Assembly: GCA_965216935.1 (NCBI GenBank)
Contig: OZ244217.1
Span: forward strand, 3,597,565 to 3,661,564
Source: Acidobacteriota bacterium
GTDB lineage: Bacteria > Acidobacteriota > UBA890
Reading direction: 5' to 3'
Length of the DNA stretch: 64,000 nt
The notes beneath the pieces were generated by a model. The model saw only the letters and a list, made by a program, of their open reading frames with translations, had not been told where the DNA came from and did not search any database. The stretch's first letter is position 1, and every line of letters begins with the position of its first letter. A program made the translations under genes and the position numbers. This document shows positions 53,947 through 63,807 of the stretch, piece after piece.

Positions 53947-55068
53947 ATGCGATATTCCATCGTCGCACTGGCGTTGGTTCCGCTCGCCGTCGGCTGCGGC
54001 GGGGTGCCCCCCGACAGTGATCCCCTCGCCTCGATCGCCGCGAGCGTCGACGAGAGCGAGCGGGCCCCGGCCCGTCTGACGGAGTCCTGGCGCCGCACAC
54101 CGGAAACACCGCTGACGTTTCGGCCCGCCGTAGGAGAGAACGCCGTCTATTTGGCCCAGGGCGACCGGCTCGCCGCTTGGAACGTCGCCGACGGACGCTC
54201 CCGCTGGCCGGCGGTCGTGCTCGAAGCCGATATCACCGCCGCCCCGGTCGCCGTGGGCGACCAGGCCGTCGTCGCCACGGCCGGAGCCCGGGCGCGCGTC
54301 TGGTGGCTGGGGAGCGATAGTCGACTGATCGAGCAGGCAGCCGTCGACGCCCCCATCACGCAGCTGAGCGCTCTTGGCGGCATTCTCCTGTATGTCGATG
54401 AGCACGGCGTCGGGCGCCTCGGCGCGTCCTCCTGGCACACGACCATCGAAGGCATCGAGAGCGTCGCTCTGGCCCCCGGCCACGGGCTGGCCCTGGCGAC
54501 GACGTCGACCGGATCGCTCGCCGCACTCGACCTCGATGACGGATCGGACCGCTGGCAGCAGGATGTCGGCGACACGATCAGCGGCGTCGCGGTGGGCGGC
54601 GACCGAGCGTTCGTCGCCACCAGCGAGCGGGGACTCTTCGCCTTCCGGGTGGCCGACGGGCGCCCGTTGTGGACCCGCAACCTGGGCACGGCGATCGAGG
54701 GCGCGCCGGCCGTTGCACAGGACCTCGTCTGGGTAGCGGCCTTCGACGCCCGTCTGCACGCCTTGAAGGCGGGCAACGGCACGCTGATGGGGAACTTGTC
54801 GGTCGACCTGTCGTCGCGCAACTACCTCGACCTGGCCAGCTACGATCCCTGGGTCGTGGTGGGAGCGTTGTACGGGCCGTGGCTGGCCGTCCGCGGCCCC
54901 ACCCGAGCAGAGCGGCCGAACGCCGGCGCTACGAGGGTAGTGGTGCGGCAGCCGAACACGGTCGGTCGCCCCGACCTGTCCGTGCCGGCCGGCGTCGGTC
55001 CTCCGGGGGTCGCCGTCGTCAACGGCGACGGAACCGTGGCGTTCCTCCAACCCCAGCGCGCGCGCTGA
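53947..55068 (+). CDS. PQQ-like beta-propeller repeat lipoprotein (BamB-like)
   Basis: Lipoprotein signal MRYSIVALALVPLAVGCGG and repeated propeller blades. The ORF-track start at 53872 would leave only 9 nt to the divergent larE-like start. Confidence 0.55.
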   Translation: MRYSIVALALVPLAVGCGGVPPDSDPLASIAASVDESERAPARLTESWRRTPETPLTFRPAVGENAVYLAQGDRLAAWNVADGRSRWPAVVLEADITAAPVAVGDQAVVATAGARARVWWLGSDSRLIEQAAVDAPITQLSALGGILLYVDEHGVGRLGASSWHTTIEGIESVALAPGHGLALATTSTGSLAALDLDDGSDRWQQDVGDTISGVAVGGDRAFVATSERGLFAFRVADGRPLWTRNLGTAIEGAPAVAQDLVWVAAFDARLHALKAGNGTLMGNLSVDLSSRNYLDLASYDPWVVVGALYGPWLAVRGPTRAERPNAGATRVVVRQPNTVGRPDLSVPAGVGPPGVAVVNGDGTVAFLQPQRAR

Positions 55069-55222
55069 CAGTCGGCGGCCAGCAGGCCGTGTTGAACGCG
55101 TGGGCGTCGGGCTAGTGTCCTGTGCGGGAAGTAAGTTGACACTCGCGGGAGCCATCTGCGGTGAGGCCAAGGAGAGCAGACGCAGGCGATGCGGCGGTAT
55201 CGTCCAGGAGGCTCGACGCCGG

Positions 55223-55645
55223 CTAGTCCTTCCGCTTTTCCTTGAGCTCGAGAAGGACGCCGTCGAGCGCCCGCGGGTGCAGGAAGGCGATGCGCGCTCC
55301 GGCGGCGCCGGTCCGCGCAACCTCGTCGACCATCGGAACGTCGGAGTCGGAAAGGCTCGACAGGACGGCGTCGATGTCGTCGACGACGACGCAGATGTGG
55401 TGGATCCCCTCTCCTCGCTTCTCGAGGAAGCGCGCCACCGGGCTCGACTCGCCCAGCGGCGAAACCAGCTCGATCCGGGTTTCGCCGGGAAGCCGCAGAA
55501 ACACCACTTCGACCCCCTGCCCTGACACCACCTCGCGCGACTCGACCTCCGCGCCCAGAAGCTCGCGGTACGTCCGGCACGAGCGGTCGAGATCTCGCAC
55601 GGCAATGCCTACGTGGTCGATCGGACCCGGCGGGACGGCGCTCAT
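55223..55645 (-). CDS. mce: methylmalonyl-CoA epimerase (VOC family)
   Basis: IDHVGIAVRDLDRSCRTYRELLGAEV and GEGIHHICVVVDDIDA in 140 aa. The internal Met was chosen over the ORF-track extension. Confidence 0.75.
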   Translation of the reverse strand: MSAVPPGPIDHVGIAVRDLDRSCRTYRELLGAEVESREVVSGQGVEVVFLRLPGETRIELVSPLGESSPVARFLEKRGEGIHHICVVVDDIDAVLSSLSDSDVPMVDEVARTGAAGARIAFLHPRALDGVLLELKEKRKD

Positions 55646-56622
55646 TCTCCGAGCACCTCGGCAACAACCTGCTCTGCCGCCGAATGCGGATCCAGCTCGC
55701 CGCCGGCGATGGCGTCGATCAGCCGATCCTCCGCCGCGATGTCGAACCCGCGGCTGCGCGCGACGGCGAGGAGGCGCTCTCGCAGAAGCGTTCGCAGGCG
55801 CATCTTCGCCAGCGTGCGCCGTTTGGCTTCCGCCCGCCCGCTGCTGCGGTACCAGCTCTCGTGCTCGCCGATGGCTTCGGCGAGCTTCCCGACACCCTCG
55901 CCCTGCGCCGCGACCGTCCGCACGATCGGCGGCGACCATTCGTCGTCCGCAACGCGGGTCACCCAGGCGTGCAACTGAGCCTCCGCCCGGTCGGCGCCCG
56001 GCATGTCCGACTTGTTCAATACGAAGATGTCGGCGATTTCCATGATGCCCGCCTTGATCGCCTGGATCTCGTCGCCGCCCACCGGTGTGAGCACGACGCA
56101 GGTCGTATCGGCAACACCCGCCACGTCGACCTCGTCCTGACCGACGCCCACTGTCTCTACCAACAGGCGATCGAAGCCGGCAACGGCCAGCAAAACCAGC
56201 GTGTCGTAGACCGCCGCTGCGAGCCCGCCCATCGCACCGCGAGTCGCCATGCTGCGAACGTAGACGCCGCTGTCCTGACTGTGGCGTTGCATGCGCACGC
56301 GGTCGCCGAGCAGAGCGCCGCCCGTGAACGGGCTGGTCGGATCGACGGCCAGGACGCCGACGCTGACGTCGTCGTCCCGGTACGCCTTCGTCAGGGCGTC
56401 CACCAGTGTCGATTTCCCCGCCCCGCTGGGGCCGGTGATCCCGACGATCGGAGCGGAGCCGACGCGCGGGAAAGCTTCACGGACGAAGTCCTCACTCGCT
56501 TCGGTGCCGTTTTCGACCGCGCTGATGGCCCGCGCCAGGGCCCTGCGGTCGCCCGCGGCGATCCGCTCGACGATCTCCGCCGGGGCGGCCTCCGCTCCGG
56601 GACCGCGCTCCGGATCAGCCAC
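55642..56622 (-). CDS. meaB: methylmalonyl-CoA mutase-associated GTPase MeaB/ArgK
   Basis: Walker A GITGPSGAGKSTLVDAL and LAVDPTSPFTGGALLGDRVRM. The GTG start was chosen and the ORF-track N-extension rejected. Confidence 0.8.
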   Translation of the reverse strand: MADPERGPGAEAAPAEIVERIAAGDRRALARAISAVENGTEASEDFVREAFPRVGSAPIVGITGPSGAGKSTLVDALTKAYRDDDVSVGVLAVDPTSPFTGGALLGDRVRMQRHSQDSGVYVRSMATRGAMGGLAAAVYDTLVLLAVAGFDRLLVETVGVGQDEVDVAGVADTTCVVLTPVGGDEIQAIKAGIMEIADIFVLNKSDMPGADRAEAQLHAWVTRVADDEWSPPIVRTVAAQGEGVGKLAEAIGEHESWYRSSGRAEAKRRTLAKMRLRTLLRERLLAVARSRGFDIAAEDRLIDAIAGGELDPHSAAEQVVAEVLGE

Positions 56623-57763
56623 GCAGTAGCTCGCGGGAAATGACCAGTCGCTGGATCTCTGAAGTACCCTCGCCGATCGTGCACACCTTGGAGTCGCGGT
56701 AGAGCTTCTCCACCGGATAGTCCTTGACGAAGCCGTAGCCACCGAAGACCTGAACCGCCTGTTCCGCCGCTCTTACGGCGGCCTCGCTGGCGTACAGCTT
56801 CGCCATCGACGCCGCCTGCTTGAAGTCCTCACCGGCGTCTTTCATGGCGGCCGCCCGCCAGACCATGCAGCGAGCCGCCCGCACCTGGCTCGCCATGGTA
56901 ACGAGCTTCGCCTGGATCGCCGGGAACGTCCCGATCGGTCGGTCGAACTGATGCCGCTCGCGGACGTATCCGAGGCAGGCGTCCAACGCCCCTTGCGCCA
57001 GGCCGACCGAGAGAGACGCGATGCTGATCCGCCCGGCGTCGAGAACGCGCAGCGCGTCGACGAAGCCCTCATCCTGATTTCCCAGTATGGCGTCGGGCTC
57101 CAGCGAGACGTTCTCCAAGATGAGCTCGACGGTGTCGCTGGCGCGGCACCCGAGCTTGTCTTCTTTTCTGCCGACGCGGAACCCCGGGGTGTCGCTCTCG
57201 ACCGCGAACGCGGTGATTCCGCGATTGCCTTTCTCGGGGCTGGTCACGGCGTGCACCACCGCCAGGCGCGCACGTGCCCCGTTGGTGTTGAAGGTCTTGC
57301 TGCCGTTCAGCACCCAGCGTCCGACGGATTCGTCCCACTCCGCGGTAGTGCGGGTGCCGGCCGCGTCGGAGCCGGCCTGGGGCTCGGTAAGACCCCAGGC
57401 GCCGATCCAATCGCCGGTGGCGAGCTTCGGGAGATACAGTCGCTTCTGCTCTTCACTGCCCGCCAGGAGGACGTGGCCCGTGCACAGCGAGTTGTGGGCT
57501 GCGACGCTCAAGGTCACCGAGGGGTCGACGCGGGCCATTTCCTCGATCACCGTGGCGTATTCGACCGTATTCAAGCCGGCGCCGCCGTACTCCTCGGGCA
57601 CGAATCCGCCGAGAAAGCCGAGCTCGCCGATCTGCCGCATGACCTCGTCGGGGAACGCTTGTGCCTCGTCCCAATCCCGCACATTCGGGAGAATCACGTC
57701 GCGAGCGAAGTCACCCACCGTCTCGGCGACCAGTCTCTGTTCCTCGCTGATGACGAACTCCAA
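56615..57763 (-). CDS. acyl-CoA dehydrogenase
   Basis: ACAD N/M/C domains with C-terminal GEGTSEIQRLVISREL. A TTG start with GGAGG RBS gives MEFVISEEQRLVAETVGDFA. Confidence 0.8.
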   Translation of the reverse strand: MEFVISEEQRLVAETVGDFARDVILPNVRDWDEAQAFPDEVMRQIGELGFLGGFVPEEYGGAGLNTVEYATVIEEMARVDPSVTLSVAAHNSLCTGHVLLAGSEEQKRLYLPKLATGDWIGAWGLTEPQAGSDAAGTRTTAEWDESVGRWVLNGSKTFNTNGARARLAVVHAVTSPEKGNRGITAFAVESDTPGFRVGRKEDKLGCRASDTVELILENVSLEPDAILGNQDEGFVDALRVLDAGRISIASLSVGLAQGALDACLGYVRERHQFDRPIGTFPAIQAKLVTMASQVRAARCMVWRAAAMKDAGEDFKQAASMAKLYASEAAVRAAEQAVQVFGGYGFVKDYPVEKLYRDSKVCTIGEGTSEIQRLVISRELLRG

Positions 57764-58056
57764 GGGGCCTCCGGGTGTCGTGACGGTCCTGGGAAACTGC
57801 CTTCCGCCAAGAATGGCCCCGTGACGGGACCCGGCGGCGCTCTCCACGCTATTATAGGCCCCCTGGAAGCCGGCGGTGGACGAGTCTCTCCGCTGCCCCG
57901 CAACGACGCCGGCAGCCAGACCGTCGAGGCCGAGCAGGACGGCCCTTTCTTCCGCAGCTCCTGCCAACCACTGCGAACCGAGCGGAGGTCCCCATCTCCG
58001 AGGTAACCCAGCCCAAGGCCGAGCTTCACGCGCATACGACTTTCTCGGACGGCGTC

Positions 58057-58845
58057 TTGACACCGGCCGAGCTCGTCGCCGAAGCACTCCGCGTCCGCCT
58101 CACCGCTCTCGCCGTCACCGATCACGACATCGTCGACGGCGTCCCGGTCGCCCGAGCAGCCGCCGAGGGAACCGACCTCGAGCTGATTCCGGGCATCGAA
58201 TTCTCGACCAATCTCAACGCCCACGAAGTACACGTGCTCGGACTCTTCATCGATGAGCAGCACGATGAGCTGGTGGCATCGACGTTGCGCTCGCGCGATT
58301 TCCGTCGCCAACGCGCCATCGAGATCGTCGACCGCCTGAACCGGCTCGGCGTCGAGGTCGATTTCGATTCCGTCGAGGACGCCGCCGCCGGCGGCAGCAT
58401 CGGCCGGCCCCACATCGCCCACGCACTGGTGCGGCGAGGCGCCGCCACCGACCTGGACGACGCCTTCAGGCGCTACATCGGCGTCGGCCGGCCCGCTTTT
58501 GCACCTAAACCGACGCTCGACGCCGAAGAGGTGATCGGTGTCGTGCACCGGGCCGGCGGAATTGCGATACTTGCACATCCGGCGAGCAGCCGGGTAAGCA
58601 ACACGAGTATTCGAAGGCTGATGGAGCTGGGGCTGGACGGGTTCGAGATCGACCACCCGAAGCACAGCGCCGCGGCGCGGCGTAAGCTCGGCAGGCTGGT
58701 CGAGGATACGGGGCTTCTGCCTTCGAGCGGATCGGACTTCCACGGCCCCGGAAGCGGCCGGACCCGGCTCGGCACGCACGCCGTGCCCATGGAGTGGCTC
58801 GAGGCGATGCGCGCTGCCGCGGCGGTGCATCGCGACGCAAATTGA
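58057..58845 (+). CDS. PHP-domain (TrpH/YciV-like) metal-dependent phosphoesterase; true start probably upstream (~58021) at a non-canonical codon
   Basis: Motifs ...AVTDHD... and GIEFS. The essential N-terminal motif [19 protein letters not shown] is encoded in-frame just upstream of the first canonical start. Confidence 0.6.
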   Translation: MTPAELVAEALRVRLTALAVTDHDIVDGVPVARAAAEGTDLELIPGIEFSTNLNAHEVHVLGLFIDEQHDELVASTLRSRDFRRQRAIEIVDRLNRLGVEVDFDSVEDAAAGGSIGRPHIAHALVRRGAATDLDDAFRRYIGVGRPAFAPKPTLDAEEVIGVVHRAGGIAILAHPASSRVSNTSIRRLMELGLDGFEIDHPKHSAAARRKLGRLVEDTGLLPSSGSDFHGPGSGRTRLGTHAVPMEWLEAMRAAAAVHRDAN

Positions 58846-58891
58846 ATCGGAGTTACCTACAGAGAAAGCTCCGAACCCGGAGAAACGACCT

Positions 58892-59461
58892 TTGAGCATC
58901 AAACCCGACCACTGGATCCGCAAGATGGCGCTCGAGGAGCGCATGATCGACCCGTTCGAGGAGGGCCAGGTCAGCAGCGGCATCGTTTCGTACGGCGTCT
59001 CGTCGTACGGCTACGACATCCGCATCGCCGACGAGTTCAAGCTGTTCACCAACTTGAACACCAGCGTCGTCGACCCGAAGGCCTTCGACCCCCACTCGTT
59101 CGTCGACATCAAGGGCGACGTCTGCATCATTCCGCCGAATTCTTTCGCCCTGGCGCGCTCGATGGAGTATTTCCGCATTCCGCGGTCGACGCTGGTGATC
59201 TGTGTCGGCAAGTCCACCTACGCCCGTTGCGGCATCATCACGAACGTGACACCGCTGGAGCCCGAGTGGGAGGGACACCTGACCCTCGAGATTTCCAACA
59301 CAACGCCCCTGCCGGCAAAAATCTACGCCAACGAGGGCATCGCGCAGCTGTTGTTCTTCGAGAGCGACGAGCCGTGTGAAACCTCCTACGCAGACCGCAA
59401 GGGGAAGTACCAGGCGCAGACGGGCGTCACCGTGCCTCGCATCGATCGGAACTCCGCATGA
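58892..59461 (+). CDS. dcd: dCTP deaminase
   Basis: [13 protein letters not shown]...[10 protein letters not shown]...[14 protein letters not shown] in 189 aa. Confidence 0.9.
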   Translation: MSIKPDHWIRKMALEERMIDPFEEGQVSSGIVSYGVSSYGYDIRIADEFKLFTNLNTSVVDPKAFDPHSFVDIKGDVCIIPPNSFALARSMEYFRIPRSTLVICVGKSTYARCGIITNVTPLEPEWEGHLTLEISNTTPLPAKIYANEGIAQLLFFESDEPCETSYADRKGKYQAQTGVTVPRIDRNSA

Positions 59462-60924
59462 ACATCACCACGACGAAAGCGCCCGCCGCCGAGCTCGAGA
59501 CCGAGGCGCTCATCCTCGCAATCCCCCAGGGGGCAGAGAAACCGACACCATGGGAAGCCGTCGATGCCGCTTTCGGCGGCGTCGTCTCTGCCGCCATTGC
59601 GGGAGACGGCTTCCACGGAAAGACGGGCCAGACACTGGCGCTCTCTGCCACGGGAGGTCGCGCGGCAGAGCTCATCCTCGTCGGCCTCGGCCGACCTGCC
59701 GACATCGACCTGGAAAGCTGGAGACACGCCGTGGCCGCCGCGGCAGCTACCGCGCGAGCCCGCGGCAACCGGCGCATCGGTGTCCCGGTCCCCGAGCTCT
59801 CGGCCGCCGACGCGCCCACACTGGCCGCCGCCGCCACGGAAGCCGTTGTCCTGGGCGCCTACCGCTACGGGGAGTTCAAGCCCGCTCCGCCCGAGCGTGT
59901 CGAGCTCGACGAGCTGCAGATCGCGGCAAACATCGACGTCGGTGACGCCGTCGAGCGGGCCCGGAACGTCGCCGAGGCGACCTGCTGGGCACGCGACCTG
60001 ATCAATACACCCAGCAACGAGAAGCGGCCCGTCGCTCTGGCCGCACGGGCCGTTGCGATGGCCGAAGAGTTCGGCCTGCGACACGAGGTCATCGACGAGG
60101 AGCAGGCGCAGGAGATCGGCCTCAACGCTCTGCTGGCTGTCGGCACCGGCTCTTCGGTTCCACCCCGTCTGGTCATCCTGGAGCATCGTCCCGACGGCGC
60201 AGAAGGCCCCCCCACCGTGGTCGTCGGCAAGGGCATTACGTTCGACACCGGCGGCATCTCCCTCAAGCCGCCGGCCAAGATGGCCAACATGAAAGGTGAC
60301 ATGTCGGGCGCCGCGGCGGTCTTCGGCGCCATGCGGTCGCTGGCGGCAAACCGTGCCGACCGCTGGGTTGTCGGGGTAACGCCGTTGGCGGAGAACATGC
60401 CGAGCTCGAACGCCTATCGGCCGAGCGACATCATTCGCGCCTACGACGGCACGACGATCGAAGTACTCAACACCGACGCCGAGGGGCGCGTCGTGCTGGC
60501 CGACGCCCTCGCCTACGCTCGCAAGCGTTTCGAGCCCCGTTGCATGGTCGACCTGGCGACGCTCACCGGTGCGTGCGTCGTCGCCCTCGGTACCCACGCC
60601 GCGGGGTTGATGGGGAGCGACGATGAGCTGTGCGACGCCCTCATCGCGTCCGGAGAGGCGACCGGCGAGCGCCTGTGGCGCCTGCCCGCGTGGAAGGACT
60701 ACGACCTGATGGTCGACAGCGACGTCGCCAACGTGCGTAACTCCGCCGGCCGCGAGGCCGGTGTCGTCACCGCCGGCATGTTTCTGAAGCGCTTCGTTGG
60801 TGATACCCCTTGGGCGCACCTCGACATCGCCGGAACCGCGTTCATCGACAAGGCGAAGCCCTACCGCCCCAAGGGGGGGACGGGCTTCGGCGTGCGGCTT
60901 CTGGTCGACTGGCTGGAGCGTTGA
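59458..60924 (+). CDS. pepA: leucyl aminopeptidase (M17)
   Basis: [17 protein letters not shown] and [16 protein letters not shown] motifs. Confidence 0.85.
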   Translation: MNITTTKAPAAELETEALILAIPQGAEKPTPWEAVDAAFGGVVSAAIAGDGFHGKTGQTLALSATGGRAAELILVGLGRPADIDLESWRHAVAAAAATARARGNRRIGVPVPELSAADAPTLAAAATEAVVLGAYRYGEFKPAPPERVELDELQIAANIDVGDAVERARNVAEATCWARDLINTPSNEKRPVALAARAVAMAEEFGLRHEVIDEEQAQEIGLNALLAVGTGSSVPPRLVILEHRPDGAEGPPTVVVGKGITFDTGGISLKPPAKMANMKGDMSGAAAVFGAMRSLAANRADRWVVGVTPLAENMPSSNAYRPSDIIRAYDGTTIEVLNTDAEGRVVLADALAYARKRFEPRCMVDLATLTGACVVALGTHAAGLMGSDDELCDALIASGEATGERLWRLPAWKDYDLMVDSDVANVRNSAGREAGVVTAGMFLKRFVGDTPWAHLDIAGTAFIDKAKPYRPKGGTGFGVRLLVDWLER

Positions 60925-61952
60925 GCTCGAATCAGGCGCCGACCGACCCGAAGGAACGCGTCGAGAAGCTTCGCGCCGCCTTCAACGGCGCCGAGCGCGT
61001 CCTGACCCTGGCGCACGACAATCCCGACCCTGACGCCCTGGCGAGCGCCTTCGCTCTCAGCGCCATTCTCGAGCACCTCGGCGTGCCGGAGTGCGTGGTC
61101 GGTTACGGCGGTATGGTTGGCCGGGCGGAGAACCGCGCCATGATCCGCGAGCTCGACCTCGACCCGATTCGCGTCGAGCCCACCGACCTGGAGAACTTCG
61201 ACGCCATCGCTCTGGTCGACACGCAGCCGGACTTCGGCAACAACTCTTTTCCCGCCGGCGGCCATGCTGCAGCGGTGATCGACCATCACCACGGGCGCGG
61301 GGAGCTCGAAAACGTCACGTTCTTCGATCTGCGCGAGGGCTACGGGGCTACCGCGACAATCGTCTACGAGTACGCCCATGCTTCCGGCGTGCCGTTGCCC
61401 GAGAACATCCTCACGGCCCTGTTCTACGCCATCAAGTCCGAGACCCAGGAGCTCGGCCGCGAGGCCGGCTACGCCGACCGCGAGGCGTACCTCAGCCTGC
61501 TGCCACGCGCCGACAAGGCAGCCGTGGCGCGCATCCAGCGGGCCCGCGTTCCGCGCAGCTACTTTCGCGCCTTCCGGCTCGCCGTCGGCAACGCCCAGGT
61601 TCACGGCCGGACGGTCCTCAGCGACCTGCAGGAGGTCGACAGCCCCGACATGGTGGCCGAGATGGCCGATTTCCTTCTCCGGCTCGAGGGCGCCGACTGG
61701 GCCGCGTGCATGGGGCACCACGAGGACGACCTGGTGCTTTCGGTGCGCTCCGCCGAAGAAGACGCGCACGCAGGTGAACTGATCCGTCGTGTCGTGGCAG
61801 GGCTGGGTCGTGCCGGCGGGCACGGCACCATGGCCGGTGGCCGGGTGCCGCTCGACGGCGCTCCCTACGCCGAGGTTGCCACTGAGATCTACGCCCGGCT
61901 CCTCGACCGCCTCGCCGACGGCGCCAAGGCAGGCGAGCCGCTCGTCGATTGA
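60921..61952 (+). CDS. nrnA: DHH/DHHA1-family phosphoesterase (NrnA-like nanoRNase/pAp phosphatase), TTG start overlapping pepA stop
   Basis: DHH region LTLAHDNPDPDALASAFAL...VIDHHHG and DHHA1 region GGGHGTMAGG. Confidence 0.7.
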   Translation: MSSNQAPTDPKERVEKLRAAFNGAERVLTLAHDNPDPDALASAFALSAILEHLGVPECVVGYGGMVGRAENRAMIRELDLDPIRVEPTDLENFDAIALVDTQPDFGNNSFPAGGHAAAVIDHHHGRGELENVTFFDLREGYGATATIVYEYAHASGVPLPENILTALFYAIKSETQELGREAGYADREAYLSLLPRADKAAVARIQRARVPRSYFRAFRLAVGNAQVHGRTVLSDLQEVDSPDMVAEMADFLLRLEGADWAACMGHHEDDLVLSVRSAEEDAHAGELIRRVVAGLGRAGGHGTMAGGRVPLDGAPYAEVATEIYARLLDRLADGAKAGEPLVD

Positions 61953-61955
61953 CGC

Positions 61956-62624
61956 TCAGCTGGACAGGCGCTGCATTCCCCCCTGGATCCGACCGGGGGC
62001 AACGATTCCGCCGCTGACGACGAAACGCAACGCTTCCTCGACGCTCATCTCCAGGAAGGTCAGCTCGTCGCGGCGCGACAGCACCAGCACGCCGGAGGTC
62101 GGGTTCGGCGTCGTCGGCACGAAGACGTTGACGGTCTCTCCCGGCGTCCGCTGCTGCAGCTCCCCGACCGTCGGTGCGGTCACCAGACCGACGGTGTAGA
62201 TGCCCTTGCGGGGGTACTCCACCAGAACCACCGACTCGAACGTCTGCTCGGTGGTGCTGTAGAACGTCTCGATCAGCTGCCGCGCCGAGCCGTACACGCT
62301 CTTGACCAGCGGAATACTCAGCGCCAGCTCGTCCATCTTCTTGACCAGGCGCCGGCCGATGAAATTGCCGCCCAGGAGCCCGACCAGATAGATGGCAAAG
62401 AGGGTCAGCACGACGCCGATGAAGCTTGCTGCCGCCGTAGCCCCCGGCACATCCAGCAGCGCACCGAGCCCGGCCGCGCGGATCAAGCCCATGACCGCTG
62501 GCGTGGCGAAGCGGTTGATCGGTCGCAACAGCAGTGCCACCAGCCAGATCGTCACCACCGTGGGCAGAATGATCAGGATGCCGGTCAAGACCGAGCGACG
62601 AAAATGTCCGAGAATCGGGCTCAC
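61956..62624 (-). CDS. DUF502-family membrane protein
   Basis: TIWLVALLL, IYLVGLLGGNFIGRRL, IPLVKSVY and VVLVEYPRKGIYTVGLVT motifs. The GTG start overlaps the pgsA stop. Confidence 0.65.
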   Translation of the reverse strand: MSPILGHFRRSVLTGILIILPTVVTIWLVALLLRPINRFATPAVMGLIRAAGLGALLDVPGATAAASFIGVVLTLFAIYLVGLLGGNFIGRRLVKKMDELALSIPLVKSVYGSARQLIETFYSTTEQTFESVVLVEYPRKGIYTVGLVTAPTVGELQQRTPGETVNVFVPTTPNPTSGVLVLSRRDELTFLEMSVEEALRFVVSGGIVAPGRIQGGMQRLSS

Positions 62625-63226
62625 CGCGGCTCGTCTCCGGACAAGCCGAGGCGACGCCAGGAGTTGACGAAATACTGGCCGGCGGAGAGCAAGGAGAGGA
62701 TCACGACCAACCACAGGCCGATCTCGCCGATGAAGAAGTACTCGCCGAGAAAGCGGGGGCCGAGAATCAGCAGGACGACGGTCACCATCTGCACCGTCGT
62801 CTTGTACTTGCCGAGCGAAGACGCCGGAATGGACACCCCCCGGTCGGCCGCGATCGTCCGCAAGCCGCTGATGGCGATCTCCCGACCGATGATGATTACC
62901 ACCATCCACGCGGGCGCCAGTCCCAACTCGACCAACGAGATGAAGGCCGCCGAAACGAGAAGCTTGTCGGCTATCGGGTCGAGCAGCTGTCCCAGGGTGG
63001 TGATCTGCTGCCGGCGGCGAGCCAGGTAGCCATCGAACCAATCGGTGAGCGACGCGAAAATGAACACCGAGAGCCCGACCAGGGTGTACTCGGTGAGCAG
63101 AAAGACAACCAGCAGCGGAACGAGGAAGATACGCAGAACCGTGAGCGCGTTGGGCAGCGTCCAGTTGCCCGTTGCGCCCTCGGTCAGCCTCGACGTCGCC
63201 TGTCCGGGGTGTGGCGTGTTGGCCAT
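62621..63226 (-). CDS. pgsA: CDP-diacylglycerol--glycerol-3-phosphate 3-phosphatidyltransferase
   Basis: CDP-OH phosphatidyltransferase motif DWFDGYLARRRQQITTLGQLLDPIADK. Confidence 0.85.
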   Translation of the reverse strand: MANTPHPGQATSRLTEGATGNWTLPNALTVLRIFLVPLLVVFLLTEYTLVGLSVFIFASLTDWFDGYLARRRQQITTLGQLLDPIADKLLVSAAFISLVELGLAPAWMVVIIIGREIAISGLRTIAADRGVSIPASSLGKYKTTVQMVTVVLLILGPRFLGEYFFIGEIGLWLVVILSLLSAGQYFVNSWRRLGLSGDEPR

Positions 63227-63270
63227 GTTCCGCCTTGAGTGGTGCCTGCGTGCAAATGACAGTTTAGCAG

Positions 63271-63330
63271 GGCGCCGCCGGCACTCCGGGGGCGTCTGGC
63301 GCCGCCGGCTCCCCGGGAGCGTCCGGCGGC
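63271..63330 (+). repeat. imperfect ~30-nt tandem duplication (GCCGCCGGCWCYCCGGGRGCGTCYGGCG x2) in the pgsA/queD-like divergent intergenic region
   Basis: Read from the sequence. Confidence 0.45.
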
Positions 63331-63386
63331 GCCGCGGGGTGCGTTACCATGTTCCCTGATCGATTCGTTCCCGCCCGGTATCTCAT

Positions 63387-63758
63387 ATGCGCTTCTCCGT
63401 CCGCTCGTCGTTTCCCGCAACCCACCGGATCCGCATCGACGCCCGCGGCACGCTGGAGCCGGCGCACGCCCACAACTGGCGCATCGAGGCGTGGTTCGAT
63501 GCCGGGGACGACGACACCCGCCTACCCGTGGAAGCCCACGCGTTCCTGCTCTCCTGGGTAGCCCGCTACGACGGGAAGAGCTTCAACGACGTGCCGCCTT
63601 TCGACGTCGTCAATCCCACGGCCGAGGAAGTGGCTCGGGTCTTCGCCCAAGAAAGCGCCGCGGCGTTGCCCGACGCCCGTGTCATCCGCGTCGAGGTTGG
63701 CGAGGCGGCGGGCTTCAGTGCGACCTACCGACCAGACTCGGGGCGGAACAGCGCCTGA
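63387..63758 (+). CDS. 6-pyruvoyl-tetrahydropterin synthase / QueD-family protein (Cys-less variant)
   Basis: ATHRIRIDARGTLEPAHAHNWRIEAWF and VVNPTAEEVARVF resemble QueD motifs (AAHRL...HGHNY...NPTAEN). Confidence 0.5.
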   Translation: MRFSVRSSFPATHRIRIDARGTLEPAHAHNWRIEAWFDAGDDDTRLPVEAHAFLLSWVARYDGKSFNDVPPFDVVNPTAEEVARVFAQESAAALPDARVIRVEVGEAAGFSATYRPDSGRNSA

Positions 63759-63807
63759 CCCGGCCACATGGCGCACGACGCACGACGAGCGCTGCGGTCC
63801 GTTCCCT

